A DNA stretch of 64,000 nt from Eledone cirrhosa (Eukaryota). Each line of letters starts with the position of its first letter. The stretch's first letter is position 1. The stretch lies in the NCBI GenBank assembly GCA_964016885.1, contig OZ024745.1:130882001-130946000 (forward strand), read 5' to 3'. The notes beneath the pieces are model-generated. The model did not search any database. It saw only the letters and a program-made list of their open reading frames with translations, and was not told where the DNA came from. Position numbers and translations under genes: made by a program. Positions 1 through 14,011 of the stretch are shown here, in pieces.

Positions 1-69
1 TGTGTGGAACGTTAAATAACGTGCACCTTAATACATAGAGCAGGTAGCACAATTGATTGAATAGCTAGT

Positions 70-465
70 GAAGATGCATGGTTTAGTGGTTAGAGCATTG
101 GGCTTGTAATCGAAAGGTTGTGAATTCGATTCACATACCGGGTGATGCGTTGTGTCCTTCAGCAAGACACTTTATTTCACGTTGCTGCAGTTTACTCAGC
201 TATAGAAATGAGTTGTGACGTCACTGGTGCCAAGCTGTATCAGACATTGCCTTTCCCTTGGACAACATCATATATAGTGTATATATAGAGTGTAGAGTGT
301 ATATATAGAATATATTGTGACGTCACTGGTGCCAAGCTGTATCAGACATTGCCTTTCCCTTGGACAACATTGGTGGTATGGACAGGAGAGACTGGTATAC
401 ATGGGTGACTGCTGGTCTTCCACAAACAACCTTGCCCGGACTTGTGCCTCGGAGGGAAATTTGGT
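70..465 (+). mobile_element. tRNA-derived CORE-like SINE
   Basis: A box TGGTTTAGTGG, B box AATTCGATTC, CORE-like GTGTCCTTCAGCAAGACACTT. Confidence 0.75.
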
Positions 466-1644
466 CATTCGTGACGGAATAAGGATCATCGAGACGAAAA
501 TAGATCCATTTACTTTGGTGTTTTTCCTATCATTTTTATTATGCTGATTTTTAGATTATAACTGATCAGGTAGGGCTAAATATCAAACATATACCCAGCG
601 TGATCATCCCACATTTTTACAAATATACATTTGTAGGTCTGTATTATCGAACGGTGTTTTTATCTTTATTAAATGCAGCCAGGTGAGGTCTGAGGGAGAT
701 TTAACTGCTTTTTCTAGCATGTAAAGCGAACACAGAGAGGTTTCCTCAACTCGAGTGTTTTTTTTAATATCAGATACCAATAAAATTTAACTAGAAGCGT
801 ATTTGCTGCTTTGTGTGTTTTTCTATCGTTAATTCTTTATTTTTCTTATATATTTTGTTCTATTTTTGACAGCCTTTTATTGTTTATTGTTTTGTTTTAT
901 TCATTTTGATGTTTTTTTCATTGATTGTGATTGTATTTCTTTTGGGTTTTTTTTGTTTTCATCGACTTTTTTTTTTTATTTTGTAAACCTAATTTGTTCG
1001 CAATTTATTGAATATATAGAATATTGTGTTCGTTATATTGTTTTATATCGATAATTACTTATTTGACAACAACAATAATAAAACAAATAAGGGAAGACTC
1101 AGGTTGGGGAGAATAACATTCTATCGTTGACTTATCAAGTGCGTGTGTCTGTTGATGTTTTCTCTCTTTCACTCACTGCTTCCGTCTCTCGCTCTCTCCA
1201 TCTCCCACTATTATAAACAGACTGGAGCCCACGAGCTGTTATTTGTAAAAGAAGTTTTGTATATTGCATTTTATATACTATATATGTCTAAAATAAGACA
1301 GAGTGATTAGAACGTCGGGTAGAAGGCTTTATGGTATTCAATCCGGCTTTCTGTTCTCTGAGTTCAAATCCCACCGAGGTCAACTTTGCCTTTCATCCTT
1401 TCGAGGTCGATAAATAAAGTACCAGTCAAATACTGGGTCGATTCTTCCTCTATATCTCTTATCCAAGAAATGCCATATGTCAATACGACGCCCCTCTGCC
1501 TCTGAGTTAGGGGACCATACATACATATGTCTAAAATACTTTATGCCAACTTTTTTTTCTTTAATTTCTGCCTCCAGGGAATACTATCTCTATTTAATAT
1601 TTTAATATCTTCAAATCAAATTATTATTATTTATAGTAACCAGG

Positions 1645-1855
1645 ACGGCTGATTGGCAGTATCGGTAGAGGGTCGGACGTCATGCTTTGCAGCATAAAGT
1701 TACGGCCCTTTGTGGTCTGAGTTCAAATCCCGCCGAGGTTAACTTTGCCTTTCATCCGATAAAATAAAGTACGAATCACGCACTGGGGTCGATTTAATCG
1801 ACTTTCCCCTCCCCTAAAATTGCTGGCCTTGTGCCTATATAAGAAACCAATATTT
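1645..1855 (+). mobile_element. Dominant tRNA-derived SINE (about 30 copies in the window)
   Basis: A box TGGCAGTATCGG, B box GAGTTCAAATCCC, body GCCTTTCATCC...GATAAAATAAAGTAC, tail GGCCTTGTGCC. A further copy lies at about 1315-1440. Confidence 0.85.
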
Positions 1856-2509
1856 ATAATAACTAAATTTTGAGCCTAAATATATAAATATATACATCGT
1901 GTGTTTATACTACTTGTACTTCATGTTTGTGTTTTAAAATATCAAATATATTATAATTCAAAATACGTTATACATTAATTTCGATATTATTGAAAATAAT
2001 ACGATTTTTTGGCTACATAACTTTCTTGTTTGTTTTAGGGCGTACTTTGAATCTTTTAACAACTTCAATATTTCTATATTACTGGTATATTATTGATATA
2101 TTTTATCGCTGTTGTTATATTTTAATATGATATTTGGCACGTTTTGTGATAAATATAATATTTATATATTTAATATAATATTGTCTATAATATTTGGCGT
2201 GTTTTGTTACTATATTTTTGTTTTATCTCCCACAATTTCTCTCATTATTGATTTTTTAATGGTTTTTTTATATATATCATTGTTATTGATTGTACATATA
2301 TGTCTAAATTATTTGCTGCGAATTTCATGTATTATATTTTTATTCCAACTTGAAGAGATGTGTCATCATTTTACGCCCTTTTGGGGAATTAATTATGCAC
2401 AGTAATCAAATTATTGTTATGTCTAAATGAATATTTACCTTTTTATTGTATTTCAATTGCCAAATTGTTGTTGTTCGTGTATTTGTTTTCATTCTAGTAA
2501 GACAATAAG

Positions 2510-2940
2510 GGAGGTGGATTGGCAGAATCGGTAGAGCGTCGGACATGCTTTGCAGCAAAGAGTTACAGCCCTTTGCGTTCTGAGTTCAAATCCCGCTGAG
2601 GTTAACTTTGCCTTTCATCCTTACGGGGTCGATAAAATAAAGTACCAGTAATGTACTGTGTAATTGCTGGCTTTGTGCCAAAAGTAGAAATAATTATTAA
2701 GCGTGGTAGATTGGCAGACAACATGATTTGCAGCATACAGTTATGGCCCTTTGCGTTCTGAGTTCAAATACCACCGAGGTTAACTTAGTCTTTCATCCCT
2801 ACGAGGTCGATAAAATAAAATACCAGTCACTCACTGGGAGGTCGATAAAATACAATACCAGTCACACACTAGAGTCGATTTAATCGCCTTTCCCCTTCTC
2901 CTAAAAAATTGTTGGCCTTGTGCCTAAATCTGAAACCATT
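2510..2940 (+). mobile_element. Two tandem SINE copies
   Basis: Same consensus, head to tail. Confidence 0.85.
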
Positions 2941-3502
2941 CTAGTAAAACAATATATTTGTCATATAGAGTGATGTGCTAAGACGCAATGAAACTCTTCT
3001 AATTTGAACTAAGCATTAACTACAATTGATTTGCTTCATTATAATGATAACAAAACTAAAAAAATTCATTTATGTTTCACGTTTTTTATTCACCTATTTT
3101 TACTCAGCTATTATAAAGCTACACATATTTGCAGTTATTTGCATTTTATTTCCTCCGCTTGTTTCATCTAACTAATTTTTAAAAAGCATTATTGAATTTA
3201 TTTTGAGAAGATTCAAGTTAACATTATCTATTCCGCCTCTTCTATTCTTGATATTTGAGTTTTGTAACCTTTAGAAAACTATATTAATATTATTGGTAAA
3301 CCTAATATTAGTTATCATTGGATAACATTTGCAATTATTTTCATAATCTTCGATATTTTTAAGTTATAATTTTAGTATACGTGTTTTTATTTTTGCAACT
3401 TATTTCTCAGTGTGTTTTGTTGACGAAATAGCAAAATTTGCTTTTGTTTTATTTTTAAGAATCTTTGAAAAATAACTCTTTACATATGTTGAAACTATTA
3501 AT

Positions 3503-3675
3503 AATTGTTTCTACTTTTGGCACAAGGCCAGCAATAATCCAATGTATTACTGGTACTTTATTTTATCGACCCCGTAAGGATGAGAGGCAAAGTTAACCTC
3601 GGCGGGATTTGAACTCAGATCATAAAGGGCCATAACTCTATGCTCCAAAGCATGACGTCCGACCCTCTACCGCCA
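3503..3675 (-). mobile_element. SINE copy
   Basis: Reverse complement of the consensus. Confidence 0.85.
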
Positions 3676-3716
3676 TGAAACTATTAATAATGAATTTATA
3701 CATTGCTGAGGTTAAA

Positions 3717-4430
3717 TGCTAAGAAAAACAAAATTCGCCCAACACAATGCAATTTCAAATGATCAAGTCGGTTCAGAAATTGAAGAGCTAAATGACTTCT
3801 TATACCATGGCAGTTCCATAAGTACTGAACACGATGTGGACACTAAGATAGGCAAGGCATGGGGAGCTCTCAACTCCCCAAGGTCTGGGTATCTCCTAAG
3901 AAAACAACGAAAATGAGGCTATTTAAATCAACTGGTTAAGTTCATTCTCCTCTACAGATGTGGGACATGGAAAATCAGAAAAACCTTCACAAAGAATATC
4001 AAGGACACATACACGAAATCTGAGAAAGATCCAGAACATGTAGCAAATATATCATCCTATGGTTCACATCCTCACTTTTCTGACATCATAAGGTGACGGA
4101 GGCTTGCATTGAACCTGTTGGCATAGTTCTCTGAAAACCAGATGTATGCAGACGAGTAAGGAGGCCAAACGTCACATTTAAGGATATCCTTGAAGATGAC
4201 ACCGGGTTTGGTGTCAATAGAATAACTGACGGCAATACTGGAGAAGGAACTTCGCCATCTTACTGGTAACGGGTGTGTAGTAGCAGTAGAAGAAGAAGAA
4301 GAAGAAGAAGAAGAAGAAGAAGAAGAAGAAGAAGAAGAAGAAGAAGAAGAAGAAGAAGAAGAAGAAGAAGAAGAAGAAGAAGAAGAAGAAGAAGAAGAAG
4401 AAGAAGAAGAAGAAGAAGAAGAAGAAGAAG
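3717..4430 (+). mobile_element. Decayed RTE-type LINE 3' part with (GAA)n tail
   Basis: EELNDFLYHGSSI...DVDTKIGKAWGALN, KMRLFKS and ILLYRCGTW across frameshifts; ends in a long (GAA)n tract at 4289-4430. Confidence 0.75.
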
Positions 4431-5255
4431 ATATTGTATTTATTTATTATTACTTCATTAATTCTTAATCGATCACGTATTTTATTGTTTTTAAATCTTG
4501 TGCAAGTTTTTATATATATGATAAAATATTTTATATACAAATGCTATATTATATATTTTTTATAAATTATATTATAACAATATTCTTTTCCAACTCAATT
4601 CTTCTTGTTTACTTGCACGGTTTAAATATATTTTTTTTAAAGTTTAATTTTATATCATTTTAAAACCGTATTTATACGTTTCAAACATAATTTTGCTTTT
4701 CCATGCGAAGATTTTTTTTTTTTCATTAGTTTTAAATTGATTACTTAATTTTGTAATATATTTTTCTATATTTTTGATGTCTATATAAAACAATCTGAAA
4801 TAGGTTGTGTTTACTTGGCATCATATTTAGTGCACTTTGTTAATAAATTAATGAGTCTATCATTTTAATATTTTTAAATCTCCAAGTAGAATATGATTGT
4901 ATTTTTGGTGGCTTTTATTTAATATTTATTTCCGTATATTGTTTTATATTCATTCTTCTTTTTTTTTAATTTCATTATAATTAAAAATTGCTGAACCAAT
5001 TCCTTTAGTTAATTCGTATGGCATTTTAAGAATTTGTAATATTTATATTTTATGTAACTGCATAAGGTTTCATTATTTTTCTAGTTTAATTTTTTGTATA
5101 TTCATACTTCTATTTTGAAAATCAAATATACACACTCACACACACACATGTACACACACATAGTTATATATATATATATATATACATATCTATATACACA
5201 TCACACACACACATTTACATATACATATATATATACATATATATACGCACACATT

Positions 5256-5296
<41 letters not shown>

Positions 5297-5312
5297 GTGT
5301 GTGTGTATATAA

Positions 5313-5386
<74 letters not shown>

Positions 5387-5483
5387 ACTAGTCTATGATA
5401 TACATACTTTTTAGTTAATATATTTAATACTTCTTCAGCTCATTCTAAAATAGGTTTCGTCAAAATATTCTTCTTTAGATTCA

Positions 5484-5551
<68 letters not shown>

Positions 5552-6599
5552 TGTTTTCGGCTTTCTTTGATCTTGTTTTCACCATTTCCAGGTTTGTAAA
5601 CTTCATACATTTTTAATTACTTCACAAGAAATGTTTCATTTATATATTTAGATATTTTCTTTTGATATTACTTCCTTTCTCACCTGTCAGTTAGAAATAG
5701 AAGATTAAATCCCTCCTCTGTTATCTTTATTTCAACGAATGGAAAAGGGGGTCGTTCTCCAGCGGGACAATGCCCATTCTTACAATACTATAGTAACCAA
5801 AATCTTCCCAACGGATATCAGCTAGGAAATGTTTCATCTACTATATTTTCCCGACGTTTTCCTTCTGAATATAATATTTTTGAAATTTTTCAAGATATTT
5901 CTTCACACCAGTCGCCGTCAAGACCTCAGGCGTCCTCGGAATCCGTACTGCCGAGCTCCTCCGCGAGATCGGAACGTCAGCAGACTGTCTGTGGAAGGAG
6001 CCCCCCCCCCCCCCCCCCGAGGTGGAGTGGCTGTTGCAGAGGATGTCCGTGGAAAGACTTTTGCAGTTTTGTCAGCGAAGCGCAGCCCCAAAACAGCCGC
6101 GCCCTAGACTCAGAGCCCAGAGCTGTCTCCTCTTCCCCCTCTTTTTCTTCTGTGGCCCTAGAGTCCTTGATTTTCCCCCATTTTCCTCTCATTTATGGCT
6201 TTTATCGTCCTTTCCTCTATTTTACCATACAGCCAGATTAGCCCTTCTTTACCCCTTCCCCATTTTCTCTAAATATTTTGGTTAACTTAGAATAACATAC
6301 ATAGTGAAATTCGAAAATGTCTTAGTTTCTTTACAGAGCTTCTGTATGTGCTTCAATGAAATGAAGTATATATCCAGCAGCGCAACTCTGGAAACATGGA
6401 TGACTTCAGCCTTCATCCAGCTATTGACTAATCTGCAAATACTTGGAAACCATTTATTTGCATCTCAACCGCAGACAATAAAGAAATAGAGAAATTATTC
6501 AATTAAGAACGAGTATTGTCCAGTTTCAACTCGAAGCAGCTAGATAAGACAAAAATATTTCGGACTTTATATCAATCAACCGTGCTGGTATTATCCATA

Positions 6600-6880
6600 C
6601 TGGCAGTATCGGTAGAGGGCTGGACGCCATGCTTTCTAGCATAGTTACGTCCCTTTACGGTCTGAGTTCAAATCCCTTCGATTATTGTATTAATGTGGAT
6701 TGGCAGTATCGGTAGAGGGTCTGATGCTATGCTTTGCAGCATAGAGTTATGCTCCTTTGCAGTCTGAGTTCAAATCCCGCCAAGGTTAACTTTGCCTTTC
6801 ATCCTTACGGGGTCGATAAAATAAAGTACCAGTAATGTACTGGGTAATTGCTGGTCTTGTGCCAAAAGTAAAAACAATTA
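6600..6880 (+). mobile_element. SINE head plus full copy
   Basis: Consensus match. Confidence 0.85.
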
Positions 6881-7349
6881 TCCATACTACTACAGTTGAA
6901 AAAAATTTCTTTTAAACCATAACAAGGTATTCTGCAGTTGGAAATTCAATCTAACAAACTCTCACACGGTCATTCACTTGAAAACACAAACATGCACAAA
7001 ACAAGCTGAACAGCAATTACACACGAATTATCACTTACTGATTAAGCTTTTATATTTGATTTCCCTGACATCAAAGCAGCATAGGAACTATTTGGAGCTA
7101 TTGTTAACGACATATTCTCTAACCCTACTCCATCATGATTCATGAACAAAACTAGATGCAGGCTTCCAAGAGAGAAAATAACCATCATTAGAAACGATAA
7201 TGCGGTTAAACATAGTAATAACTAAAATATTGCCAGCCAATACCAGCCAATAAATATCAATTACATATCTATTGGATCGTCAAGTATGAAATTTGTAGAA
7301 ATTTGTAGAAAAGAAAGAAATTACTACAAATGTTATACTTGACAACTCA

Positions 7350-7890
7350 CTATATATATAGAGAGAGAGGGGGTTGTCTAAGCGTGTGCCATTGACTACG
7401 TAATTTCGAAAGACAAAGCAGTGAAAGGTTGGTTAGTTCAGTTAATTTGACTCGTTTTGTTAATAACACAAATGTCTCACATTTAATTAAATAATGACCA
7501 ACTTTCAATTTTTTTTTATTATTCTTTTATCATTTATTTATATATCTTTATGCAATGGGGTTGGTCCTCAAAGATGTAAACATCATTTATATTATGCATA
7601 CATATAAAGGACATGAAATAACTTTGTGTTGAATATCAAATTTAGTCAAAATACTAGTTATCTTTCCTTTTTATCTTTATTTATATTATGAAATCATCAA
7701 ATGCCGGACCATAAATGTACATATAAAAAGAAATTAGTTTGTTATATTCAAAATAATTTCTTACATAATTGCTAAATTTTCAAGAGAATTCTAATTTTGT
7801 TCTATTCAACCGAACACGCCTTCATTAAGAACAATTTCTGGTATATTTATAACTACTTCTCAACAAGATAACGCCGGGTATTATGCTACT
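7350..7890 (+). mobile_element. Possible decayed Helitron
   Basis: 3' end AACGCCGGGTATTATGCTAC resembles the other Helitron termini in the window. Confidence 0.35.
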
Positions 7891-8066
7891 GTATATATAT
7901 ATATTAGAAAATGTTATGGCGAAGCTAACCCAAGCCACGTAAGTTAAGTTGTCAATCAAAATAAGAGCTGACCTAAGCACTAAGTAAAGCCTCAGCTATC
8001 CTAAGCACATTTATTAGTAAATGTCAGGAGAGACATGGAAAACTAGAGCACCTTTACCATATTAAA

Positions 8067-8330
8067 TGTGTGAGAGCGCATGCGTGTATACATACACACA
8101 TGTGTGTGAGCGCATGCGTGTGTACATACACATATGTGTGTGAGCGCATGCGTGTGTACATGCACATGTGTGTCTGAGCGCATGTGTGTACATACACATG
8201 TGTGTGTGAGCGCATGCGTGTGTATATGTACATGTGTGTGGGCGCATGCGTGTGTATATGTACATGTGTGTGAGCGCATGCGTGTGTATATGTACATGTG
8301 TGTGAGCGCATGCGTGTGTACGTGTGTGTA
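8067..8330. repeat. Minisatellite of about 30-36 bp
   Basis: GTGTGAGCGCATGCGTGTGTA repeated about 8 times. Confidence 0.9.
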
Positions 8331-8622
8331 CGTACGTGTGGTTTTGTGTACATACGTAAGTATATATATAAATATCTTACAAGCGTACATATGTGTATAT
8401 TTATATATGCTTATAAGTCATATCCAGACACATATATTTATGCATGTGTATACACGTATATATACACATATACACATATATATATATACACATATATATT
8501 TCTGAAATACATGTTATATATTTCTTAAATACATGTTATATGATTCCACAGAGATTCTTAATTTATACATGTATATTTAAAAAGTACTTATAAAGATATG
8601 CATGTTCATATATATATATACG

Positions 8623-8655
<33 letters not shown>

Positions 8656-8783
8656 ATGTGTGTGTGTGTATGTGTGTGTGTGTGTGTGCATATATATATA
8701 TATATATATATGCAAATAAACATACATACATACATACATACATACATACATACATACATACATACATACATACATACATACAT

Positions 8784-9378
8784 GGTGGCTGCCAACTCGT
8801 TTTCGAGTACGGCCACTACTTTATATCCATGTAGGAGAACCCCTACCGATGCGCTGAACGAGTGTGACTTTTCAGTCCGGCCAGCGACTTGAAAACTCTG
8901 GTACAAACACTACACTTGTGACAATTATTGACACATAGTGCTGGGCCCATGGTACCATGTGACGACAAGTGCAGAGAGATCTCCAGATATAAAGCAATGC
9001 CTGTGCCGTGAAGTTTTTATAGTGAGCAAAGGCACTGCACAAAGCCAGTCCCACTCTCTTAACCAAGATGATATTTACCAAAAAGAAGAACAAGTCAACA
9101 TCATTGGATATCATCAGGGTTGCAGGTGTGATATCAGAGTTTTCCTTCTCCTAGAATTCTGCCTTGACAAAGGCTAAGGGGTCATCTCTCCCGGTGATTT
9201 TGGATGGCCATTGACTCTTAAGAGCTCCTTTGCCCTTTGACAGGTTTTGTTTTTAGTACTGCAGGATGTCCAAAGTCACCCTCCTCACCAAGAAACCTTG
9301 GTGGGGTTGCCAGTTTAGTCGCCAACGACCCGACCATGGGACAGGTTGTACTGGGATACATGTTACCAGTAGCACCAA
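8784..9378 (-). mobile_element. Non-coding retroposon-like element in a (TATG)n tract, with RTE-like 5' UTR motif
   Basis: (CATA)n on both sides. The minus strand contains TAGGAGAAGGAAAACTCTGA, which resembles RTE 5' UTRs. Near-identical to 32000-32408. Confidence 0.65.
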
Positions 9379-9569
9379 CATACATACATACATACATACA
9401 TACATACATACATACATACATACATACATAAATACATGGCAGTAATGCTACGAGAAGTAAAACAGATAAGACATCTTCTGGACTTATACATCTTACCATC
9501 TACATTTATTGCTAGTGGACTCGTGTAGTCAATAATGATAGCAATAGCGTTAGTGTCAGAATTGGTATG

Positions 9570-9624
<55 letters not shown>

Positions 9625-9675
9625 AAGATTGTGTGTGTGCGTGTGTATGTGTGTGTGTATGTGTGCGTGTCTGTA

Positions 9676-9744
<69 letters not shown>

Positions 9745-9845
9745 ATGTAAATATAATGTATTTTGCAATACACTTTATGCTTAATTAAAAGCATTTTGAA
9801 GACCGTAAGCTATTGTTTTAAAGTAGTGACAAATTCACTCACTTC

Positions 9846-9939
9846 AATCTCAGCAAACAGGAGGAGATAAGCCGACATGACATGTTTCGCTTTTGTTGAA
9901 GCTTATCAAGGCCAACTACCCCGCCCGTCTGCTGAGATT
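9846..9939 (-). ncRNA. Hammerhead-like motif capping a long rod-like stem
   Basis: Minus strand: TTGATAA-GCTT...AAGC-GAAA-CATG-TC, closed by a roughly 28-bp imperfect stem whose mismatches are mostly G-U pairs on the minus strand. Confidence 0.55.
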
Positions 9940-10330
9940 AATGATGTTATATTCTTATAGAAATCTAGTAAATAATCAGGAGCTGATTATGCAGAGCGGA
10001 ATAAATGTGAAGACTAAAATACAAAGAGGGCTCGATAAGGATAAATATATATCAAATATATAAGAACCGTAGAGCAAATATTTATTAAAATAACAGATTA
10101 AAGTTTAAGCAAAGAGATTGATTTTTTTAGTTTCAGAAGAACCCGTTAAGGGTGAAAGCAGCGATTCTTTGCTTAAACTTTAATCTGTTATTTTAATAAA
10201 TATAATTGATGTGGGATGCTTAAAGCGTCCGTATGCGGTAGGCCGTTTGAGCACTCGATTCTCTGACAGAGCAGAGTATGATATCACATAAGAAACGGAG
10301 AATCAGTGATGCGACGAATTAAAATTTATT

Positions 10331-10427
10331 AGACATATTTCAATTGTTTCTCTGGCGACCAGCTCGAAGCACGATCGATGCAATGATCGAACCTGACTCT
10401 GAAATCGCAAGATCCTCAGATACGTCT
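10331..10427 (-). ncRNA. Type-I hammerhead with long stem II (cleavage site mutated in this arm)
   Basis: Minus strand: AGACGTAT-CTGAGGA-TCTTGCGATT...GGTCGCCAGA-GAAA-CAATTG-AAA-ATATGTCT-AATAAA. The inverted half copy near 10470 keeps GAAA-CGATTG-TA-ATATGTCT. Confidence 0.68.
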
Positions 10428-10533
10428 CGATTCTTCGAAGCATCGATCGTGCCTCGAGCTGGTCGCCAAAGAAACGATTGTAATATGTCTAATAAATTTT
10501 AATTCGTCGCACCACTGATTCTCCGTTTCTTAT

Positions 10534-10600
<67 letters not shown>

Positions 10601-10657
10601 TTGAATGCTCTACTTACTACAGATATAATCTCCCGCTTTTTTAACACACACACATAA

Positions 10658-10840
10658 TAATTGTTTCTACTTTTGGCACAAGGCCAGCAATTTCCCAGTG
10701 TATTACTGGTACTTTATTTTATCGACCCCGTAAGGATGAAAGGCAAAGTTAACCTCGGCGGGATTAGAACTCAGAATGGCAAGGGCCGTAACTCTATGCG
10801 TCAAAGCATGGCGTCCGACCCTCTACCGATACTGCCAATT
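10658..10840 (-). mobile_element. SINE copy
   Basis: Reverse complement of the consensus. Confidence 0.85.
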
Positions 10841-11174
10841 CACAATGAAGTTAAATGATGCAGTGACATGGCCATGCTGATTGTCATCCTATGATTACGA
10901 AGAATACCCCTAGTTTAAGAAAAGGAATAAAATAGATGAAAGTGTTTAACAATATAGTTATGAAGTAAGCAATATAGCCGGAGTATGATTTAGAAAGTGA
11001 ATAATGGATAGGTTGAAAACACTTGGAATGGAAACGATTGAAGGAAAGAAATTGACTAAGCAAGCGATTTCGATTGAATTACAAGAGCTGCAAGAGATTT
11101 GGAAGGATGCGAGCGGTGAGTATCAAACAACACTGACAGGAAATGATAAAATAAAGAGGTAAAAAAGACTATCT

Positions 11175-11400
11175 AGAACAGACTGGACAAAAGAACTCAA
11201 CAAGATGGTAATGAAATGCTACTTCATGGGTGAAAAAGGCAATAAAGGACAGAGAAAACTTATGAAGACAATATGAAACGAAATAAGTGTGTTTCCATTG
11301 ATAGAAGAGAAACATGGAGAGCAGGGAAGATCTATAAAGCAGAATGACTGACTAACTATCCAACCCTAGAAGTAGAATAATTCAAACAGGGATGAAGGTG
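11175..11400 (+). mobile_element. R4/Dong-like LINE N-terminal relic
   Basis: WTKELNKMVMKCYF...GQRKLMKTI*NEI...EEKHGEQGRSIKQND*L resembles the conserved R4-clade ORF start (recalled, not searched). Confidence 0.6.
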
Positions 11401-11566
11401 AACCTGAACTGAATGTAAGTAAATTTAATGAAGAAACAAGAATACAACAATCGCACAGAAGGGGAAGAATAGGATAAAGACAAAATTAAATTGTGAATGA
11501 GACAGGATGGTCGGAGGAGTGGTGAGAGTGGGGAACTAGACAAGATATTAAACCAATTTAAATAGA

Positions 11567-11752
11567 TAATTGTTTCTACTTTTGGCACAAGTCCAGTAAT
11601 TACCAGTACATTACTGGTACTTTATTTTGTCGACCCCCGTAAGGATAAAAGGCAAAGTTAACCTCGGAGGGATTTGAACTCAGTCTGTAAAGAGACGTAA
11701 CCCTGTGTTGCAAAGCATGGCGTCCGGCCCTCTACCGACATTGCAAATCTAC
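11567..11752 (-). mobile_element. SINE copy
   Basis: Reverse complement of the consensus. Confidence 0.85.
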
Positions 11753-12002
11753 CAATTTAAATAAATAATAATACAAAGATGGTCAACCTAAGAACATTCG
11801 AAAAGGTGAAAGTAAAACAAAAATTAAAAGATTTCGAAAATGTTTTAAGATATGAACCACTATATCCTCTACATACATATATATACATATATACACCGAC
11901 AGACGATCAACTTTCGTCAAATCGGACCGAGGAAACAATGTTTCCATTGGTCTTTCCAATTGTTAATACTATTTGTCGGTCGCAACTCCAGGTAGAAGGA
12001 TC

Positions 12003-12115
12003 AACGTGAAATAAAGTGTCTTGCCCAAGGACATAACGCATCGCCCGGCCCGGAAATCAAACTCACAATCTCACGATTGCGAATCCAATTCTCTAACGAC
12101 TCAGCCACGCGCCTT

Positions 12116-12116
<1 letters not shown>
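12003..12116 (-). mobile_element. CORE-like SINE head
   Basis: Reverse complement of the tRNA head plus CCTTGGGCAAGACACTTTATTTCACG. Confidence 0.7.
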
Positions 12117-12206
<90 letters not shown>

Positions 12207-12254
12207 TGAGCCACAACGTGACCGGTTGCAAAACATATATATCTATGACTTTAT

Positions 12255-12738
<484 letters not shown>

Positions 12739-12739
12739 A

Positions 12740-12925
12740 CTTATTCCTGAGAATGTGGTGTGGAAGCGTCCTCAAACACTCCTGCCAAAAGCAACTGTGT
12801 CTGCAACTGATCTGGCTGGATCTCCAAGCGAGACCAGCCAAGCTCATGGATGTTATCTAACCATCTTGCTCGGGGTCTACCCTTGGGTCTCCTGCCGGTT
12901 GGTTTTTGCCCGTAAAATCTGTCCA
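12740..12925 (-). mobile_element. RTE-type LINE 3' end
   Basis: [19 protein letters not shown]. The same family is at 16925-17075 (+) and 20058-20180 (-), both ending in GAA-rich tails. Confidence 0.7.
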
Positions 12926-14011
12926 CCGATTTTTTTTCCTGAGATAATAATATCAATCAGAATAATGTCATAGATTTTATATTGATTGAAGTTCAACAAA
13001 GTAGATAAAACTGAGAAGTTGCAGATATTTTTATGGCATGATAATACAAGTTAAATCTAGTTTAACCCAGAGACAGAATTTGCTAGGGTGAATAACAGTT
13101 TTTATCATTCTAACCCGCTGCTGAATGTTAATATTTATTTACATTGATCGTAACGCACGTAAAATTGCTAAATTGGCGTTAAACAATCAGATAACTCTGA
13201 TATTTTAAAACTATTTAAATGTCAGGGCTTTAGAAAAAATTCAAAATTGTGCTTGCTCTGAGGAAATTTGGTACAACATGGTACCGAGAAAAAGAATTGA
13301 ATGACATTTCCATACATAGCCTCCTAAAAATGTTTAACTTCTAAAATTATATTTCCCAGAACAGTAATTCGTTTTAATAATTAATCAATTTAACACACTT
13401 CCAAGTAGTTTTGTTTCATGGACACCAGAGGGAGAGGTGTAAGGAAATGATCCACTATCTATCATTCTATTGGTCAATAATTTGATACCTACACCAGATG
13501 TTTGTAACAACTGTACCACGTATAAGTTGCATGTGTGCTGAATATTTTTCAGGCGTGTCAGAAATGGCAGGATATTTAGAAACTCTTAGTGTATTTAATG
13601 CAACACACTGGTACATGTGCATTCCTTTACAACTATAACTGCGCCGATCTCTGTTGTAAAACCATTTTAATACTCACGTTTTAAAGAATAAACTTAAACA
13701 GCTTATGGCGTGTCGTAATACGTATAACAATTATTCGGTGTGTCATGTTCCAGAAAGTGTTTAAAAACTAAAAAAATTCCTTCTTTAAAGTCACGTAACC
13801 TACATTTTTAACTAAAGTATACTTGTGATCAACCAGGAAGACTATGTAAAAGCTCGACCTGCAGAACATAGTAATTAAATCTCCATGATAGCATATCGTC
13901 TTTTATAAAAAAAAAAATTTGTTTAAAGAGGTGCAGACCTATATGCGCTAATAACCAGTTGGAGGTCACCACTGATGTCAGCTTTGCTCAAACAAGTGAA
14001 TCCAAGCAAAA

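Larger units (their letters stand above)
9744..10540. mobile_element. Cluster of at least three PLE-like end fragments between (TA)n tracts
   Basis: Hairpin at 9846-9939; inverted repeat 10079-10114/10166-10202 (family also at 49155-49272 and 55160-55280); inverted repeat about 10281-10381/10440-10540 (family also at 47811-47913). Confidence 0.7.

Noticed and set aside
1150-1225. TATA-like box with a possible initiator
   Set aside because: Such motifs are expected by chance in AT-rich DNA and no downstream gene is supported.
5829-6285. GC-richer ORFs as a host gene
   Set aside because: Pieces recur at about 42240-42310 and inverted at about 43655-43745, so this is an unclassified interspersed repeat.
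9100-9125. CTGATGA on the minus strand of the TATG element
   Set aside because: No downstream stem II or GAAA, and the 32-kb copy has CTGATGG.
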